Shown here: piece by piece, positions 39,960 to 53,556 of the stretch
Numbering within the stretch: position 1 is the first letter of the stretch
Layout of the letters: every line of letters starts with the position of its first letter
Assembly: GCA_012026655.1 (NCBI GenBank)
Contig: JAAILG010001922.1
Coordinates: 1-59,943, forward strand
DNA length: 59,943 nt
Reading direction: 5' to 3'
From: Hydrolagus affinis
Lineage: Eukaryota
Notes under the pieces: generated by a model
Seen by the model: only the letters and a program-made list of their open reading frames with translations
Database searches by the model: none
What the model was told of the DNA's origin: nothing
Made by a program: the position numbers and the translations under genes

Positions 39960-40470
39960 CTCACAAACAGGCCATTTGACCCATTCAGTTCAGCGAGTGT
40001 TTATACTCTACAAAAGTGCCTGTCATAGATCCCCCATATCCATCACCTTTATTCTCTCTTAACCACGAGTCCAGTGTATTTTGCATATGTACATAGTTGC
40101 CACCCCAACGACTGTAGTACACACTCTTACCATTCTCTGTGTGAAAAAGCTGTTCCTAAACTCTGTTCTGGACCTCCTTTCAACCACGGCCCCAAAACTC
40201 CGGAACACTCTCCCTTAGTCCCTCCACCCTGCCCCCTTTCTCTCCTTTTTCAAGTGCTGTCTGAGCTCCAAACAAAAAGCCCATCTTATCCAACCCTTTC
40301 TATAACTGCATTTCCTTATTCCAGGCACCTCTGTATCACCTGAAAATTGAGATTTCCTCTCCATTCCTCGGTGCAAATCATTTGTTTACAGGGTGAAAAA
40401 TAGTGTCGTCTGTACAGATCCTTGGAGAACACCACTCACCACATCTATCCAGTTTGCGTAACTGTTCTTA
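39960..40470 (-). mobile_element. CR1-type LINE fragment
   Basis: WIDVVSGVLQGSV remnant (RT motif) at ~40415-40455, plus CR1-like tail. Confidence 0.6.
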
Positions 40471-40674
40471 TTAGCAAATTGAAACATCTTCCTGACAGAA
40501 AAGGCGTGGTATAATTGTAAATTTATATTGTATTGCAACCTACTATTTGTTTTCTCCCCTGTCGCCACTTCTCAAAAACAACAACAACAACTTGCATTTA
40601 TATAGCGCCCTGTCCTAGTGTGCTTGGCAGTGGCAGAGGGCAACACTGAGCCAGCCAAAGAAGAAGTGAGCAAA

Positions 40675-40969
40675 TGTTGAGTGAGTTTCCTTACTCCGTA
40701 CGCCTCTGTTAACCTTGCAGTAAGCAGGAACCCGATTGTTAGTTGATTGACAGATTGCTTTTCGGGGGTAATAATTCCTTCATGATGAATTTAAAATAAT
40801 TTGGTCACTCAATCCATGACTGTTTGTGGGAACCCTGCTGTGTGCAATTGGCTGACATGTTTTGCCCCCAAAGTAAATAGCCAATTCACTTTACGGTATT
40901 TCCTGTGAAGTGCTTTGAGACGTCTTGAAGACTTGCTAAAGACCTACATCAAATGCAGGGATTATTATT
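40675..40969 (+). mobile_element. tRNA-derived SINE, long form, 5'-truncated
   Basis: Extra segment, body and (TAT)n tail. Confidence 0.8.
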
Positions 40970-41339
40970 ACTGATGCTACATTCAGTTTTGAGTATTTAA
41001 AAAATCTATATATTTATAGTTATTTATAAATGTAATATTTGGTACAACAGAAATCCCAAACAAATACAAAGTGCAATATCTTCTTTTCCATTTTTCCTTT
41101 CTCCCGATACTTCGTTATTTATGGTACATTTCTTCACCACACAGGTTGTGCACATGTTTTTTGGGGGACGTTTGGTTTAAAACAATCGTGCGTCGCCCCT
41201 GTGTGCTCACACCCTGATAAGGTGAACTTGCAGCTTTCGGAAGGTGCCCTGATGTGTACCGTAGACACACGTTTTACTGGACATACATTTTCGGGAGCTC
41301 TTTGACTTACATATATTATTACATATCCTCATGTTTATT

Positions 41340-41535
41340 TTAGTCAGTTTTGGGTGCGCTCGTGAGCTGCCTGAGTGGTTTGCGCTGGAACACCTCCTGC
41401 TGGGGGTCAGGCCTCGTCTGGCCTTTGCCACGGTTTGCCATGGTTGAGCTGAACTTCAGCTTGTCCTCCAGTACATAGTCCCTGATCCTGGCAAGTGCAT
41501 CCTCTAGGCACACTCGGTTTGAGGATAGCAAAGTA
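41340..41535 (-). mobile_element. Tx1/L1-clade LINE ORF2 C-terminal remnant
   Basis: CLEDALARIRDYVLEDKLKF...GKGQT resembles the recalled chondrichthyan Tx1 C-terminus (C..A...VQDYVLRDALKLG...WGK.T). Confidence 0.55.
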
Positions 41536-43027
41536 TCAGAAACAGCCACGAAATGAATGACCAATGTTTCTCAGGGATTGTTGGCCAGGTCACTGGCCAG
41601 CACACTCTTCTCTTTATCAATACTTCCTTGGAACCTTTAACATCCACTCAAACAGATAGAATGCACATCCATTTGAAGTCATCCGAAGGACAAAACCTAT
41701 GACAAAACAGCAACCCCCAAGTACTGCAAGGAAATGTCAGCCTGGATTATGAGCTCAAAAATGTAAAGATGTAACATGTGGCTTAACCCTTCACATACCC
41801 TTCAGACCCAGAGGCAAATGAGCCAGGCTGGATCACCTGATTGGGACTGGTTTGAGTTTAGTTATGAAAGTATAAATATTCATCCAGCTCCCATTTAACA
41901 TCCCAAAAGACTTCAACAAATTATCCTCACCATCACTCAGTGTTTACAGGAATATCGTATCACTAGCAGGCTGTTAGAACACATGGCAATGTTTTACTTG
42001 AGTTAGAATGTGCTTTTGCTGAGGGCAGGAATCCAGCTAAAATAAGATTTAATGCAAAATTAGCAACTTCTAGCAAATGTCAAAATGGCCAAATCTTACA
42101 CCTGATAGGGTTTCAACAATTGTGCTCAATTTCCGCCCCAAACCAGTGGTTTATGCACTTTATAATCTAGCCTCAAATCTTGTTGGCCGCACTTTAAATC
42201 ATTTAAAGATGTGATTGGGTGAGGAGCTGAAAAGCTGGAGAAGTTGGGTTTTGGAACACGTTGAGACGTTTGCTGATTTCCAACAGCTCCGAGATGCTAT
42301 GTGGCGTGAAGGGCACAATATAAATGCAAATTGTTGTTGATTTTCTTTGCATGGATGAATGTAGATGCTTGTTATGTATTTCCAGGTACAGAGTTGGTGC
42401 TACCCGGAGCCCCAAGGACAAATGGAACAATTCGTTCTGCCTCTGGAATGTCCAGAACGTGTGAGGACTTTGTTGAAGAGTCCCTTAAAATAGGCCCCGC
42501 AGGAAAAGGAGGCTTTACACCAGGATGGTATCAGGTTGTTCTTCTGACCATCAGAGCAAGGGACACAGTAACAGGACCCAGTGTGATATCAATTATGCAC
42601 TCACTCAGTGACTGGGTTTTCGGTTTCCTAACACTGGGTTATACAACAAATTGATCTCATTGAGGCCACGAGGGGAGGGGAGAATGTAGCAGTGAAGAAC
42701 GGAGATAGAGCAAGAAAGAGAAAAGATAGCATCAGAAGATAAATAATAATAATAACTTTGACATTTTATACATTACAAAATCTCAATTACTTTACAGCAG
42801 TTACTGTTTGCAAGTGAATGTATGTGCAGCAGCCAATTAGTGCAATGTCCCCCAAACAACTGGGAACTGACTGATTAATTGTTCTGGAGGACTGCTAACC
42901 AGGACACTATAAGAAACTGTGTTTGAATAGACATTGATCTTAAATATCCACCTGAAGAGACAGGTCGGACCGTGGTTTAATGTCTCATCCGAAGAATAAC
43001 ACCTCTGACATTGCTAAAGTTCATTTT

Positions 43028-43370
43028 CACCTCAAAAGTGAGTGGACCTAGGTTTGATTCCCAGGCTGGGTGAAAAATTAGGTAAGTTTCCTTGCTCCGC
43101 ATGCCTATGTTTATCAAGAAGTAAGTAGGAACCCTGTTGTTAGTTGATTAGTGGATCGCTTTCAGAGGGCAACAATCTCCTCTTAAAAAGATATTATTAA
43201 AAATTAGTCACTCAATCCACGACCATTTGTAGGACACTGCTGTGTGCAATTAGCTGCCAAGTTTCGCCCACCAAATATGCAGTCAATTCAATTTGCAGTT
43301 TATTCCGTGAAGCATTTTGAGATGTCTTGAAGATGTGATAAGGCACTGCATCGAATGCAAGGGTTGTTAT
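43028..43370 (+). mobile_element. tRNA-derived SINE, long form
   Basis: B-box remnant GGTTTGATTCC, extra segment and tail. Confidence 0.8.
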
Positions 43371-46300
43371 ATTTATAAAGAAATAAGGATGTAAACCCTG
43401 CAGAGAAGATCTCAGGTCTAGTTGAGTTAGCTTATCTCAGAAGAGGCTACAATTCTAATACAATTTTCATTTATATAGCGGATGTGGGAGCGAGAGGGTT
43501 GGGAGGGAAAAGATGTCTGTTGGCAAAGAGGTAGGGCTTAAGACGAGGAAACAAATTGGGTTGAATATTTGTGTTATTCAGGGGAGGAGGGCAGGAGAAA
43601 AAGAAACACGTAGGTTTCCTGTGCCTGATTGCTACCCACTGCCCTCTGCATGTGTGAGCAGATCCTGCAAACCTGTCACTAATATCCTGAAGATCTCCAT
43701 GTAGAGACAAGTCACAAGACACCCAAGCAGCCGCCAGTGGACGAAAACAAGTATGGGGGTATTGAGGAAGGAGAGGGTCAGGAAAATAGCCTCACCCAGC
43801 ACTTAGCCTGCCATGTGGGGCTTTCCCGTTTGGACTAAAGCAGGATGTAACAGGATTCTGTGGTTGGTGAGGACAGGAAAGTAAAAGTATAAATCCAATC
43901 ATCCGTGCATCTGATGTCACACCTTATCACCATATCGTTGCTACAAGTCACTTAAAGCAGATTTACTGTGGAGCACAGTGACTCTACTTGTCAGCAAATG
44001 AGGCAGCTAATTTGCATACAGCAATGCCCAACAAACAAGCCGTCAAGTGCATGACCAATTTTAATCTGGGGGATCGTTGGCTGCGGGATCTTTAACATCC
44101 ATCTGAGCAGGTAGACGGGAACTTCTTCTTTGTAACATCTCATCTGAGCAGCAGCATCTCCGACAGCGTAGCTGTCCATACTGCACAGTATTGCTCGTCT
44201 AAACTATAGCCGAAAGTCTCTTCTGACATGGGGCTTGAACCCACAACCTGCTGCCCGCCGAGCTGAGCTAAATTGACACTTGACACCTGCTGACACCTGC
44301 ATTCTCGACCCATTGTTTTTCTATGTCTTTCCAACCTGAATCTTTTATAAAGGCCCCTTGATATTCTCTAGCATTAAGGGCTATACTTGTCCACGTTTGA
44401 GAATCGTACGGACTCCGATCCCTTCGACGCAGGACAGCAGGACGCTCTCCCGAGTCTCATTGTTAACTAAAATAGTGCGACTTCCTGCCCTGAGAGCATC
44501 GGGTGATGTCAATGACATTAGCCACCGGCAGAGGAACCCGCAGCCCAGATTACACACTCCTGGGAAATCCACTCGCCATCCTCAGTGGCAGGGATGGGTG
44601 GCCAACGGCGTGAGGGTAAAAGAGCAGCAGCAACAACAACAACAAATCACACTTACACAGCGATTTTCACATCGAGATGACATCCCAAGGCACTGGACAG
44701 TCGAGAATGTGCACCCGAACTGGGGGTTGGTATCTGGAGGGGTGGAGGGCAGAGGGAGTGGGGATAGGAGGAGGGATAGGGGCTCATGCCGATTCGTAAC
44801 AGCATTCTGTTTCATACCTGTAAACACTGCGTTTAATAAAGCAGTATTATAGTTTCTTGATGGTTAATTTATTTCAAGTCACACAAAGCTTTGATACGTA
44901 TGAAATCAAGGCAATAATAATAAACCTTGCATTTGATACAGTGCCTTAACTCGCCGTTGGGAAGTCTCAAAGCGCTTCACAGGAATTCAATTGGAGAAAA
45001 CGATCAAGATTGTGATAGAGTCCTGCTCACATACATTCACCAACAAACGGCAAGAAAAGCCACCTTACAGGAGGCAGGTGTAAACGAGTTGTGATGGAAA
45101 GGCATGTGGAAAGGGCTTACATGTTCCAGGGTAGAATGCAGTGTCCTTTTCAATATTATTTTATAAATACCAGGAGGCAGCTGCTTATTGCATATTAAGC
45201 TTTTGCCAGACGCTGGGATGTAGGATGGAGTTAGGGAAAAAGTGGCTTTCAACGTAGGGTTGATGCTGAAAGGCAGTAACAGGCACAAACAACATCATTC
45301 TCCGCTCAAGCGAGCCAGCAACAGCACGCAGATTGGCTGCTTAATAATTATAACTGACACAGAGTCAGGAGGACGTCTCAAAGCACTTCACGGGATTCAG
45401 TGTAGTGACTGTGTGTTTTGCGGATGAATACTGTAATTAGAATTTGGTCACTCAATCCACGACTGTTTGCGGGACACTGCTGCCGCTTGTCACCCGCAAA
45501 ATATGCAGTCAATCAATAATTAAACCTAAGATTATCTGCTTGTTCAGTAGTCTCACCGACCAAATAATATTACGTTTAATTGTACCGCTTATGTTCTTAT
45601 AAGTGTTGAATCTTTCAAGAACCAATGAGTTAGATTTCTGTTAGGAAATAATAGCTTGGGATACAGTATATAGTATAGTTTGGGACACGACATGTCAAGC
45701 GACTGCCAGGATAGTGGAAAGCGAACTGGATGGACCTCAGGCTTCTGTTGCCAGCAAATTTTTATGTTCTTATAAGGCGCTTTATCAAATGCAAGGATTA
45801 TTACTATTATTATTATGGTGAAGTTTGTGTCCCACATACCAAAAGCACAGCTCAACTTTAAACACATAATCTGTACAAAATTCCCCAGGCATTCAGACAC
45901 CTACAGATTCAGTAAAAACAAGACTTTTTTTAAAAAAAAAGAGGAATTTTATTTTCAATAAATAAAATGGAGGCGTTTATTTTCTATAGTTAACAAAAAG
46001 CCGAGCAGGCAGAACTCTGACAAACAACTTGTGTCTGTGTCTCTTTGTAAATTCCTTGTGCATAGTCTGATGGCATTACATAAAAGAGGCTGCAATAATA
46101 TTATTAAAATTTTGGTTTGAAAAAGCTCTCTCTCTCTCTCTCTCGTTCTGTGGCAGAAACTCATTAGCGAGCGAAGTATGTGCATGTGCAGGAAGTTGTA
46201 AATTATTCAGAAATCTAAGGTTTTTGTCAGCTGTTTAGGAACAAATGTGGGAGGCCAATCATTATATCTGATCCATTAATTGCTGATGTGAATTCTGGAT

Positions 46301-48472
46301 TATATAAACACCCGATCAATAAATGCAAGCCTGCTGCTGAAACCAGCTATTGATTGATTATATTTTATGCAGAGGATTGTAACTCCGAGACACTGCCAGG
46401 GAATTCGGGATCCTCCCAGTCCCTGGGGAAAAGCTGGGAAATCCATCCCAGTCTCAGTGACTGCAGATAGAGAAGCTTCCCTGAGGAATCTGCCGCAATC
46501 ACACTGGGGCCAGGGCAGGGGAGAGCCTGACATGTCATAGGTGTCACCCGTTAGGTTTTAAGTGGAGAAGAGAATGGAAATACAGTGTATTTGTTTAGTG
46601 TGGCGTGCACAGTGCTAGGAAGACAATGTATCACACACAGCGCACGGTGTCCAGCCACCCAGCCACGCAGCATAGCCACACAGTACACTGAACTCCTTGA
46701 GCACTGACTTATCCTGTGAATGTCCATTGAAGCTCATGTGTTTGTTCACTCAACAGGCAGAAATACTAACATTTGGTACAAAACAAATGGCGACAGAGTG
46801 TGTGTGTGAGTGAGCGTGCGTGTGAGTGAGTGAGCGAGTACATGTTGGATAGCTCTTTCAAAGAGCCAGTACAGACACAATGGGCCGAATGGCCTCCTCC
46901 TCTGCTGTATGATTCTACGATTCTCTGCTGTTGTGTTTGGGAACCCATCTGTAAATCCTAAAACTATTTTCTGACCCTGCATCTTTCCCCCCACCTCCCC
47001 TCCCTTTAGTATTTACAGTTTAGGAAATTAGAGGCATTTTAATCCAATAAAACAGTGCTTTTAGCAGCTCTGGGTCAAGACTTTGCTGAGTGCCCGAGAG
47101 TGAGAGGAGGGAAGGGGAGATGGCCAGAGCTCCTGGCAAGGTTTGTTCTGACAAACAACTTCAGACAATCCCGTTTTAGGAAATCCAGAGACCCTTCCCC
47201 TCTCACCGCCACCCCCCTCCCCCCCCACCACCCACCTCCCACCACTCTAAACAAAGCCACAGTTGCTAAGTTTCCCCACTGTATATTTACCGTCCAAGAC
47301 TAAAAATAGAAACAAACGCTTCATTTATAACCCAGGACATGCCCCTCAGCCCCGCCTTGAATTCCAGCCTCTGCATTCCACTGCAGTGAATCAGACATTC
47401 ATTTAAAGAGACAGACAATCGGACCCTGCCTCCCCCCAACACCCTCCTCATCTTTACTTTACAAAAGCTAATATCACACACACATACTTACTTTCATTTT
47501 GATCAACGGGTTTTTTGTAAAGAATTGCTTTTGTTTATTGTACAAACTGCAGTTTTGAGGGTAAACCCCACCCCTACACACATCCACACAGCTCCCCCCC
47601 ACCCCCATTGCCACTTGTCCATTAGATCTTAAAGAGTACTGACAATTGGAATAGAAAGTGATTAGGGGAGGTGAGTGGGGTCTCCTTGGAGTTGAAATGG
47701 CCGGTTTGCCAGCACAATGCCGGTATCGAGTCAACGCTCTATGACTGTCTCGATAATCGGTTCCTGAGCAGACTTGCAGTAACAGAAGGCATTGCCTCAA
47801 TGGCAGGAACCGAGAAGGGCAGACTAGTCACCGGGGGCAGAGAATCCTCCCACTCAGCTCCTGCTAACCCCGCAAACCAAAGCCCTTAGCCGGTAGGGGT
47901 GGTCCTAGCTGAACAAGCAGAGAGAAAGCTTGCCAGACAATGATATTAATGGAAAGTTGTGCAGCTTTAGTTGGTTAGACTCCAGCACTACCCAACACAC
48001 ACTCTGACCTTGGCTCTTGCCTCTGTGCCTAATACGGAATTAGGTAAGCAGGAGATGTTCCTCCACATTCCATTCCAAATCACAGGAATTTCCATACGGA
48101 GCTGGGATGAATGGAATCCTCAGTTTGCATTAGATATCCTTAAGCATGATGGTGGCTTTCTGTATGTATCAGACACCCAGATGTGTCAGTTAGAAAAACA
48201 ACTCAGTTGCTCGCTCAGTTGCTCAGTTACTCAATTTTAACCCCACAACCCCACTCCAAACAGGACTCTGCAAATTCAAGAGCTGAAAGTCACACCTCAC
48301 CTCCCTGTGTGTGGGTCACGGTGTGAACACAGAACACCTCACATGTCAGGTGCTGGGGCTACTATCTCTGCCACCTACAAACCAGTCTAACCTCCCCCCA
48401 ATCTCACACCCTCCTGATGCCAGATCCCAAACTCTTGCTTTTATACTCTCACTTTCATATTGAGTCTGTTTA

Positions 48473-49335
48473 CCTATACTGTACTAATAAAGACCAAATG
48501 TGTGTGTGCGTGTATGTGCGTCTGTGTTTCCTCCAACAACGCAATAACTTATTGACTTAGAGACATGATTCATACCACATCGGAAAGGTCTTGCATGGGC
48601 ATTTTTCTTTGCAGAGATCTCCTTAAATTAAGCCCCAAAATATGAAGTAGGCATAGTATTCTGCAACGAAGTAGCAACAGAGGAAACATACACCCTTCTA
48701 AAGATATACACCAATACTGTACTAATATATTATGTATGTTTTTTTCGGGTTTGCATGAGAACTACAGTCCTCCCAATAGCATGTTTCTTAACCTTATAGG
48801 AAGATGCCTATGAAGCATGGATCAAGCCTTCAAGGCCAAATAAAAGACGAAAAAGAGAAGGCTGATTAAATGAAACTGAAGAACAAAGAAGGAGAAGATG
48901 TATTCATTCCTTACAGCCCACAGCTCAACAGTGACTGCACTTTTGAGTTCAAAAGGCTCCAATTCTCTCTCTCTGTTTGAATATGCTTTGCCATGTTAGT
49001 TAACAGGGGCAGAGTTTAAAGGTAGCTGGCATTCTTTTGAATACCCCCTGGATTTCCCAATGGATAATTCTTTGTTGAATGCTCGTGTGTGGGTTCATCT
49101 GAAAATCTGTACATCATTTGGCCAAGGTAGGAAAAGCTTTACATGGAAACCTTGCAATAACTTGAGGACCTGCTGGATCACACAGTAAACCCCTTTGGTT
49201 AGCATAGATTTGATGGGAGTCCTCCCACAGGAGTCCTCCCCAGCTCAGTATAGATAAAGACGAAATGTCTGTCTGTATGTCAATCTACATTCCATATTGG
49301 ATTCTTTCAAGTCATCGCTTTGGTTGCAAGCAATG
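48473..49335 (+). mobile_element. Helitron-like element, longer copy; 3' end abuts a SINE
   Basis: ctatact...actaataaag followed by a (TG)n-like tract, agagacatgatt, and the 3' block gagtcctccc...agataaagacgaaatgtctgtc shared with the 8490 copy. Confidence 0.5.
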
Positions 49336-49350
49336 ACTAAATAATAAATC

Positions 49351-49746
49351 ATTCTTGCATTTCATACACCTCCTTTCACATTCGGATGTTGGCTGAAAGT
49401 GCTGCACAGAATATACTGTCAAGTGCAGTGACTGTGTACTTTGTGGGTGAAATGGCAGCCAGTTTGTGCACAGTGTCCCACAGACAGTTATGGAGTGAAT
49501 CTGGGGGATTGTTGGCCAGGATACCGGGAGAGAGAAACTCCCTTCTCTTTTCGAATAACGCCATAAATACTTAACAACCACCTAAACAGGCAAAAAGTGT
49601 ATCCCAGTTTAACGTTTCATCTGAAATACAGCACCTCCGACAGTGCAGTGCTCCCCACAACACTTCACTTCTCACAACAGCTGAGACTGAAAACCACAAC
49701 CTCTCACTCAGAAGCGAATGTGCTCCTAACTAAACCAGACTGACAC
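49351..49746 (-). mobile_element. Older Deu-domain (SacSINE1-like) SINE
   Basis: Minus strand gcactgcactgtcggaggtgctg...gatgaaacgttaaac...gaaaagagaagggagtttctc...cctggccaac resembles the recalled Deu-SINE consensus. Decayed relatives near 32860, 34960-35270, 38200-38460, 41560-41830, 42790-43010, 44000-44290 and 55540-55815. Confidence 0.7.
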
Positions 49747-52656
49747 ATCCATCCAAACTTTGGATTCTATTTATTAATGAATGTATAATAGTATAATTAT
49801 TCTTTGGTATATAATTAATATCCAGTGTGTTAATATTCAGTATGTTAACTGTGTATGTAATCCTGCCTCAGACGCAATCAGTTTCGATGTGTGTTCCGCT
49901 GTACAATCAGAATTGTCTTCTCTGTACGTTGGGGGAATCTGTGTACAGACAGCCTCCCTCCCTCCCGCTCACACATAGTATTGCCTGCTTAATATCCATT
50001 ATATAAACTCTTATAAAACTCTCTTGAAACGGACACGGGTTGCGGATGTGAGTATTTTTAGCGCGGAAAAGATCACGGCGTTAACGCAGCATGAATATCA
50101 TCTGATTTTTATATTTTCACGAATAAATTTAGATTGGAGTTCAATGGCATGCATTTCCGATTAGCAGTGAGGGATGAATGGAGGATTTGTGTTGGAGCTT
50201 AAACAAACAGCGCCTCTTGCCTTGCCCAATTCCCTGAACACAGTAACACTCTCCCCCTTCTCTCCCCACTCAGCCTGCTTAGTGAAGGGCACATTTTTGG
50301 GGGGCAATTCTCGTTACAGCAATAGGAGGAAACGGTTGCTCTTTTCACAACACTTTATACAGGAAAATGTCTCAAAGCTCTTTACAGTAATGACTGCTGA
50401 GGCCACCGACTGGCTTTATTGTAAATAAAGCAACCATTTTGAACACAGCAAATGTCCCGCAGACAGCCAGGGTTTGAGTGACCAGGAATGACACTCTGTG
50501 TGGTTTTAGCCAGTTAGATACCAGCAGTTATCCCCAAAGCAACATTCTGGAGTCCCCAAAGCCTGGTCTCTTACCAACCTGTTACTAACACTTTCTGGAA
50601 TTAAGTAAGCGGGCTGCCTCCCTCCAGGGAGAGATCGCGCATTCCATTCCAACAATCTATCTCTAGAATTTCCATGTCTCCCGCCCGACCCGCCCTACCG
50701 TCGGTGGCCGGGCTTTCAGCCCCTCAGCCCCCATACTCTGGTACTCCATCCCACCCACAGTCCCTTCGCCTCTCTTCCTCCCTTGCATCCTTCAACGCTT
50801 CAATCCTCTAGACCTTCCTTTTCAATCGTTCCTTCTGCCGCCCTCCCACCTCTCTCCCTGTACACCCCCCCCTACCCTGCCCTTCCCCCATGCTCAGGTC
50901 CCGACCCCTGACTGTTCAGTACCTTGAGATGTCCTCCCGGCGTGAAAGGCGCTCTATAAATGTAATTTTGTTCTCGATGTTGTTCCGTGTGTTGATGAGA
51001 TATTTGGAATTCTCGGCTTGGTTTGGATGCTCTTAAGTACGGCGATGGGCTTCCGCATGTTCTGCCGGTTTCCTCAGCTCCTCCATGGAGATTTCCTCCT
51101 CTGATGTGAGAGCGATAATGAGGAGTCTGCTCCAGGGAGGATCCAGGTCTCAGCATCTCGTCCTCGTTCATATACAATCATTCTCAAATCATTGGGTGCG
51201 ATATATTAGGGCGACATTGAGATTATTATTCCCTCTGTCCCTATCCAGTAGTGAGACTGTCACAGTTACCAACAGCTCTACCTGACCCAGTGTTGTGTGT
51301 TGCTAACCTGGGAGTGTGGATGGCTAGTGCAGAGGGAGCTTTACTGTCTCTAACCCGTGCTGTCACTGACTATAGGGTTACAAAGCACAAAAAAACAGAG
51401 CCTCAACTCAGCACCTACATTTACGGTATATATAACAGCCTTCATTTAGAATCATGCCTTGAGTCTTTTAAGTTCAGAGACAATCAGCTCAGGAACCTCA
51501 AGGCATAAACGTGGATTTGTCTGTGTTCTGACATGGTGCCACTGAAACACTCTCATAATCCTGGTCTGTGTGAGTGGCTCAGTGTAACCTGGTTAGCACT
51601 GCTCGTGTTTGCCTCCTGGTGGCCATCACAGCACAGCACGTGGGGATCGTCTCGAGCAGTGAGTGGTACAGAGGCGTTTGAATCTGTTTATTACCAAACC
51701 TCACATTTTACTCCACTTCACAATATATCCTGTGAAACACTTAGACGTCCTTGCGATGTGATAAGGCGCTGCAGCAAATGCAAGGATTATTATTACCGTA
51801 ACAGCAGTGAGTCTACGGAACGGCCAGAAGTGAACATGGATCCTGATGTGCTTTTTAAGCAGGATTCTCTGCACTCCGCCCAGACAGAACACAGAGCCAA
51901 AGCTGACACTGGATGCATTAAACTGTCCGCAGTCAATAATGTTGAATCTTTCAGGAATTTCAACGGAAGATTACGAAACAGAGGGTTTATTTAATTCACC
52001 CCAATCATGTGAGACACCTAACAGAAACACATGGCCAACCAGCAGACAATCAGACCTCTGTGCTTTTTTTAAAAACAAGTATCCGATAGTTACAAAATGC
52101 TTATCAAATAGCAAAGTGGGATCTGCACCTGGTAGGGCTGTCATTTACATAACAGAGAGTCATGGAAGCCTGTGTTTGGATGCTGAGGACATTGGAATGG
52201 AATGGGATCAAGCCGTATCACACCAGCAGGTTTGTCAGGAGAGGAAGGAACGTAGGAACGTAGGAACAGGCATAAGCCATTCAGCCCTTCAAGCCTGTTC
52301 CGCCATTTAATTGGATCATGGCTGATCAGTAATCCTGTCAATTCCAATTTCCCGCTTGCTCCCCATATCTCTTAATACCCTGGAGTACCAAAAAGTTTAC
52401 CCTGACCTTCCAAAAAGTACAGTCTGTACAGTACTGCCTGATCGCAGCTCGCTCGCTCGCTCACTCACCACCATCTCTCCCCCTCAAACCTGCACTAATA
52501 ACTTCAGTGGCCGTTTAATACTGTAATAAGAATAAAAGATATTTGTTTAAGCCATTGTGCTCACATTTTAACCGGGAGCGACACTCTCATGGTTAGTCAG
52601 GTAACTGTGTTAGTGTGATGTGATCAAAATGTCTCAAAGAGCTTCAACGGGACTTA

Positions 52657-52822
52657 TCATAATAATCCTTGCATTTGATACGGCACCTTATCACGTCGTT
52701 GAGATGTTTCAAATGCTTCACAGAATGTATTGTAAAGTGAATTGACTGTATATTTTGTGGGTGAAACGCAGCAGCGAATTGCACACAGCAGTGTCCCCAC
52801 AAACAGTCGTGTGGATCGAGAA
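52657..52822 (-). mobile_element. SINE 3' half
   Basis: Tail and body match the family. Similar fragments at ~10330-10550, 53630-53900 and 56658-56815. Confidence 0.8.
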
Positions 52823-53217
52823 TGATGAGAGAATAAACCATTATAGTAAATCGTGAATTTACTGTAAAGTGTAGTGACTTTGTGTATTTTGTGGGGCAGA
52901 TGGAGAGCCTTTCTATTTTAGTTCTGTTTCAGAACAAGGTTTGCAGTTGAAACAATGAACTATTGTTACAGATCAGATTGTGGCGCATTATTACACTCTC
53001 TGTGTGAGGCAGCATCAAAACAAAGCAGCTCTGTACTTTACACTGTTTCCACTCCTCTGTATACACCAGTGCCTTCAGCCACTACGCCCCCAAATCCACA
53101 ATAATAACAGCTTTACATGTACAGTACATCGACCCTTTCATGTGAGGAGGATGTCTCAAAGCGCTTCATGGCTGGGGTGGGTGAGCTGAGGAAAGGAGGA
53201 GGGGAAGAGGAGACTGA

Positions 53218-53556
53218 AAGCTCTTGTGGCTTAGTGGTTAGAGCACTTCTCTTGCAAGCTGGGGAGACCAAGCTGAGGAGACCTGTTTTTGAATCCAGGC
53301 AGGTCAGGGCGAAACCTTGCAAGTTTCCTTACAACACACGCCTAATAATAATCCGTCCAAAAAATCACAATAATAAAATGGTCATTTTAATCCACGACTG
53401 TGTGTGGGACACTGCTGGGTGCAATTGGCTGCCGCGATTCGCCCACAAATATACAGTCAATTCACTTTACAGTATATTCTGTGAAGCGCTTTGGGACGTC
53501 GATAAGATGTGAAAAGCGCTATATCAAATGCAAGGATTATTATAATTATTATTATT
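53218..53556 (+). mobile_element. tRNA-derived SINE, full length, short form
   Basis: TGGCTTAGTGGTTAGAGC head, small duplication in the anticodon arm, and tail. Confidence 0.88.

Noticed and set aside
41340-41564. ORF that looks like the terminal exon of an unknown gene (tag| ... stop, AATAAA)
   Set aside because: The peptide resembles a Tx1-clade LINE ORF2 C-terminus, and no upstream partner exons were found.
44358-44852. CpG-containing 164-aa ORF and opposite-strand 63-aa ORF
   Set aside because: No homology recognised, no convincing splice sites, and the frame runs into an L2/SINE tail.
50872-52310. Several 100-154 aa ORFs between the genes
   Set aside because: They cross SINE/LINE tails and show no consistent exon structure or domain.
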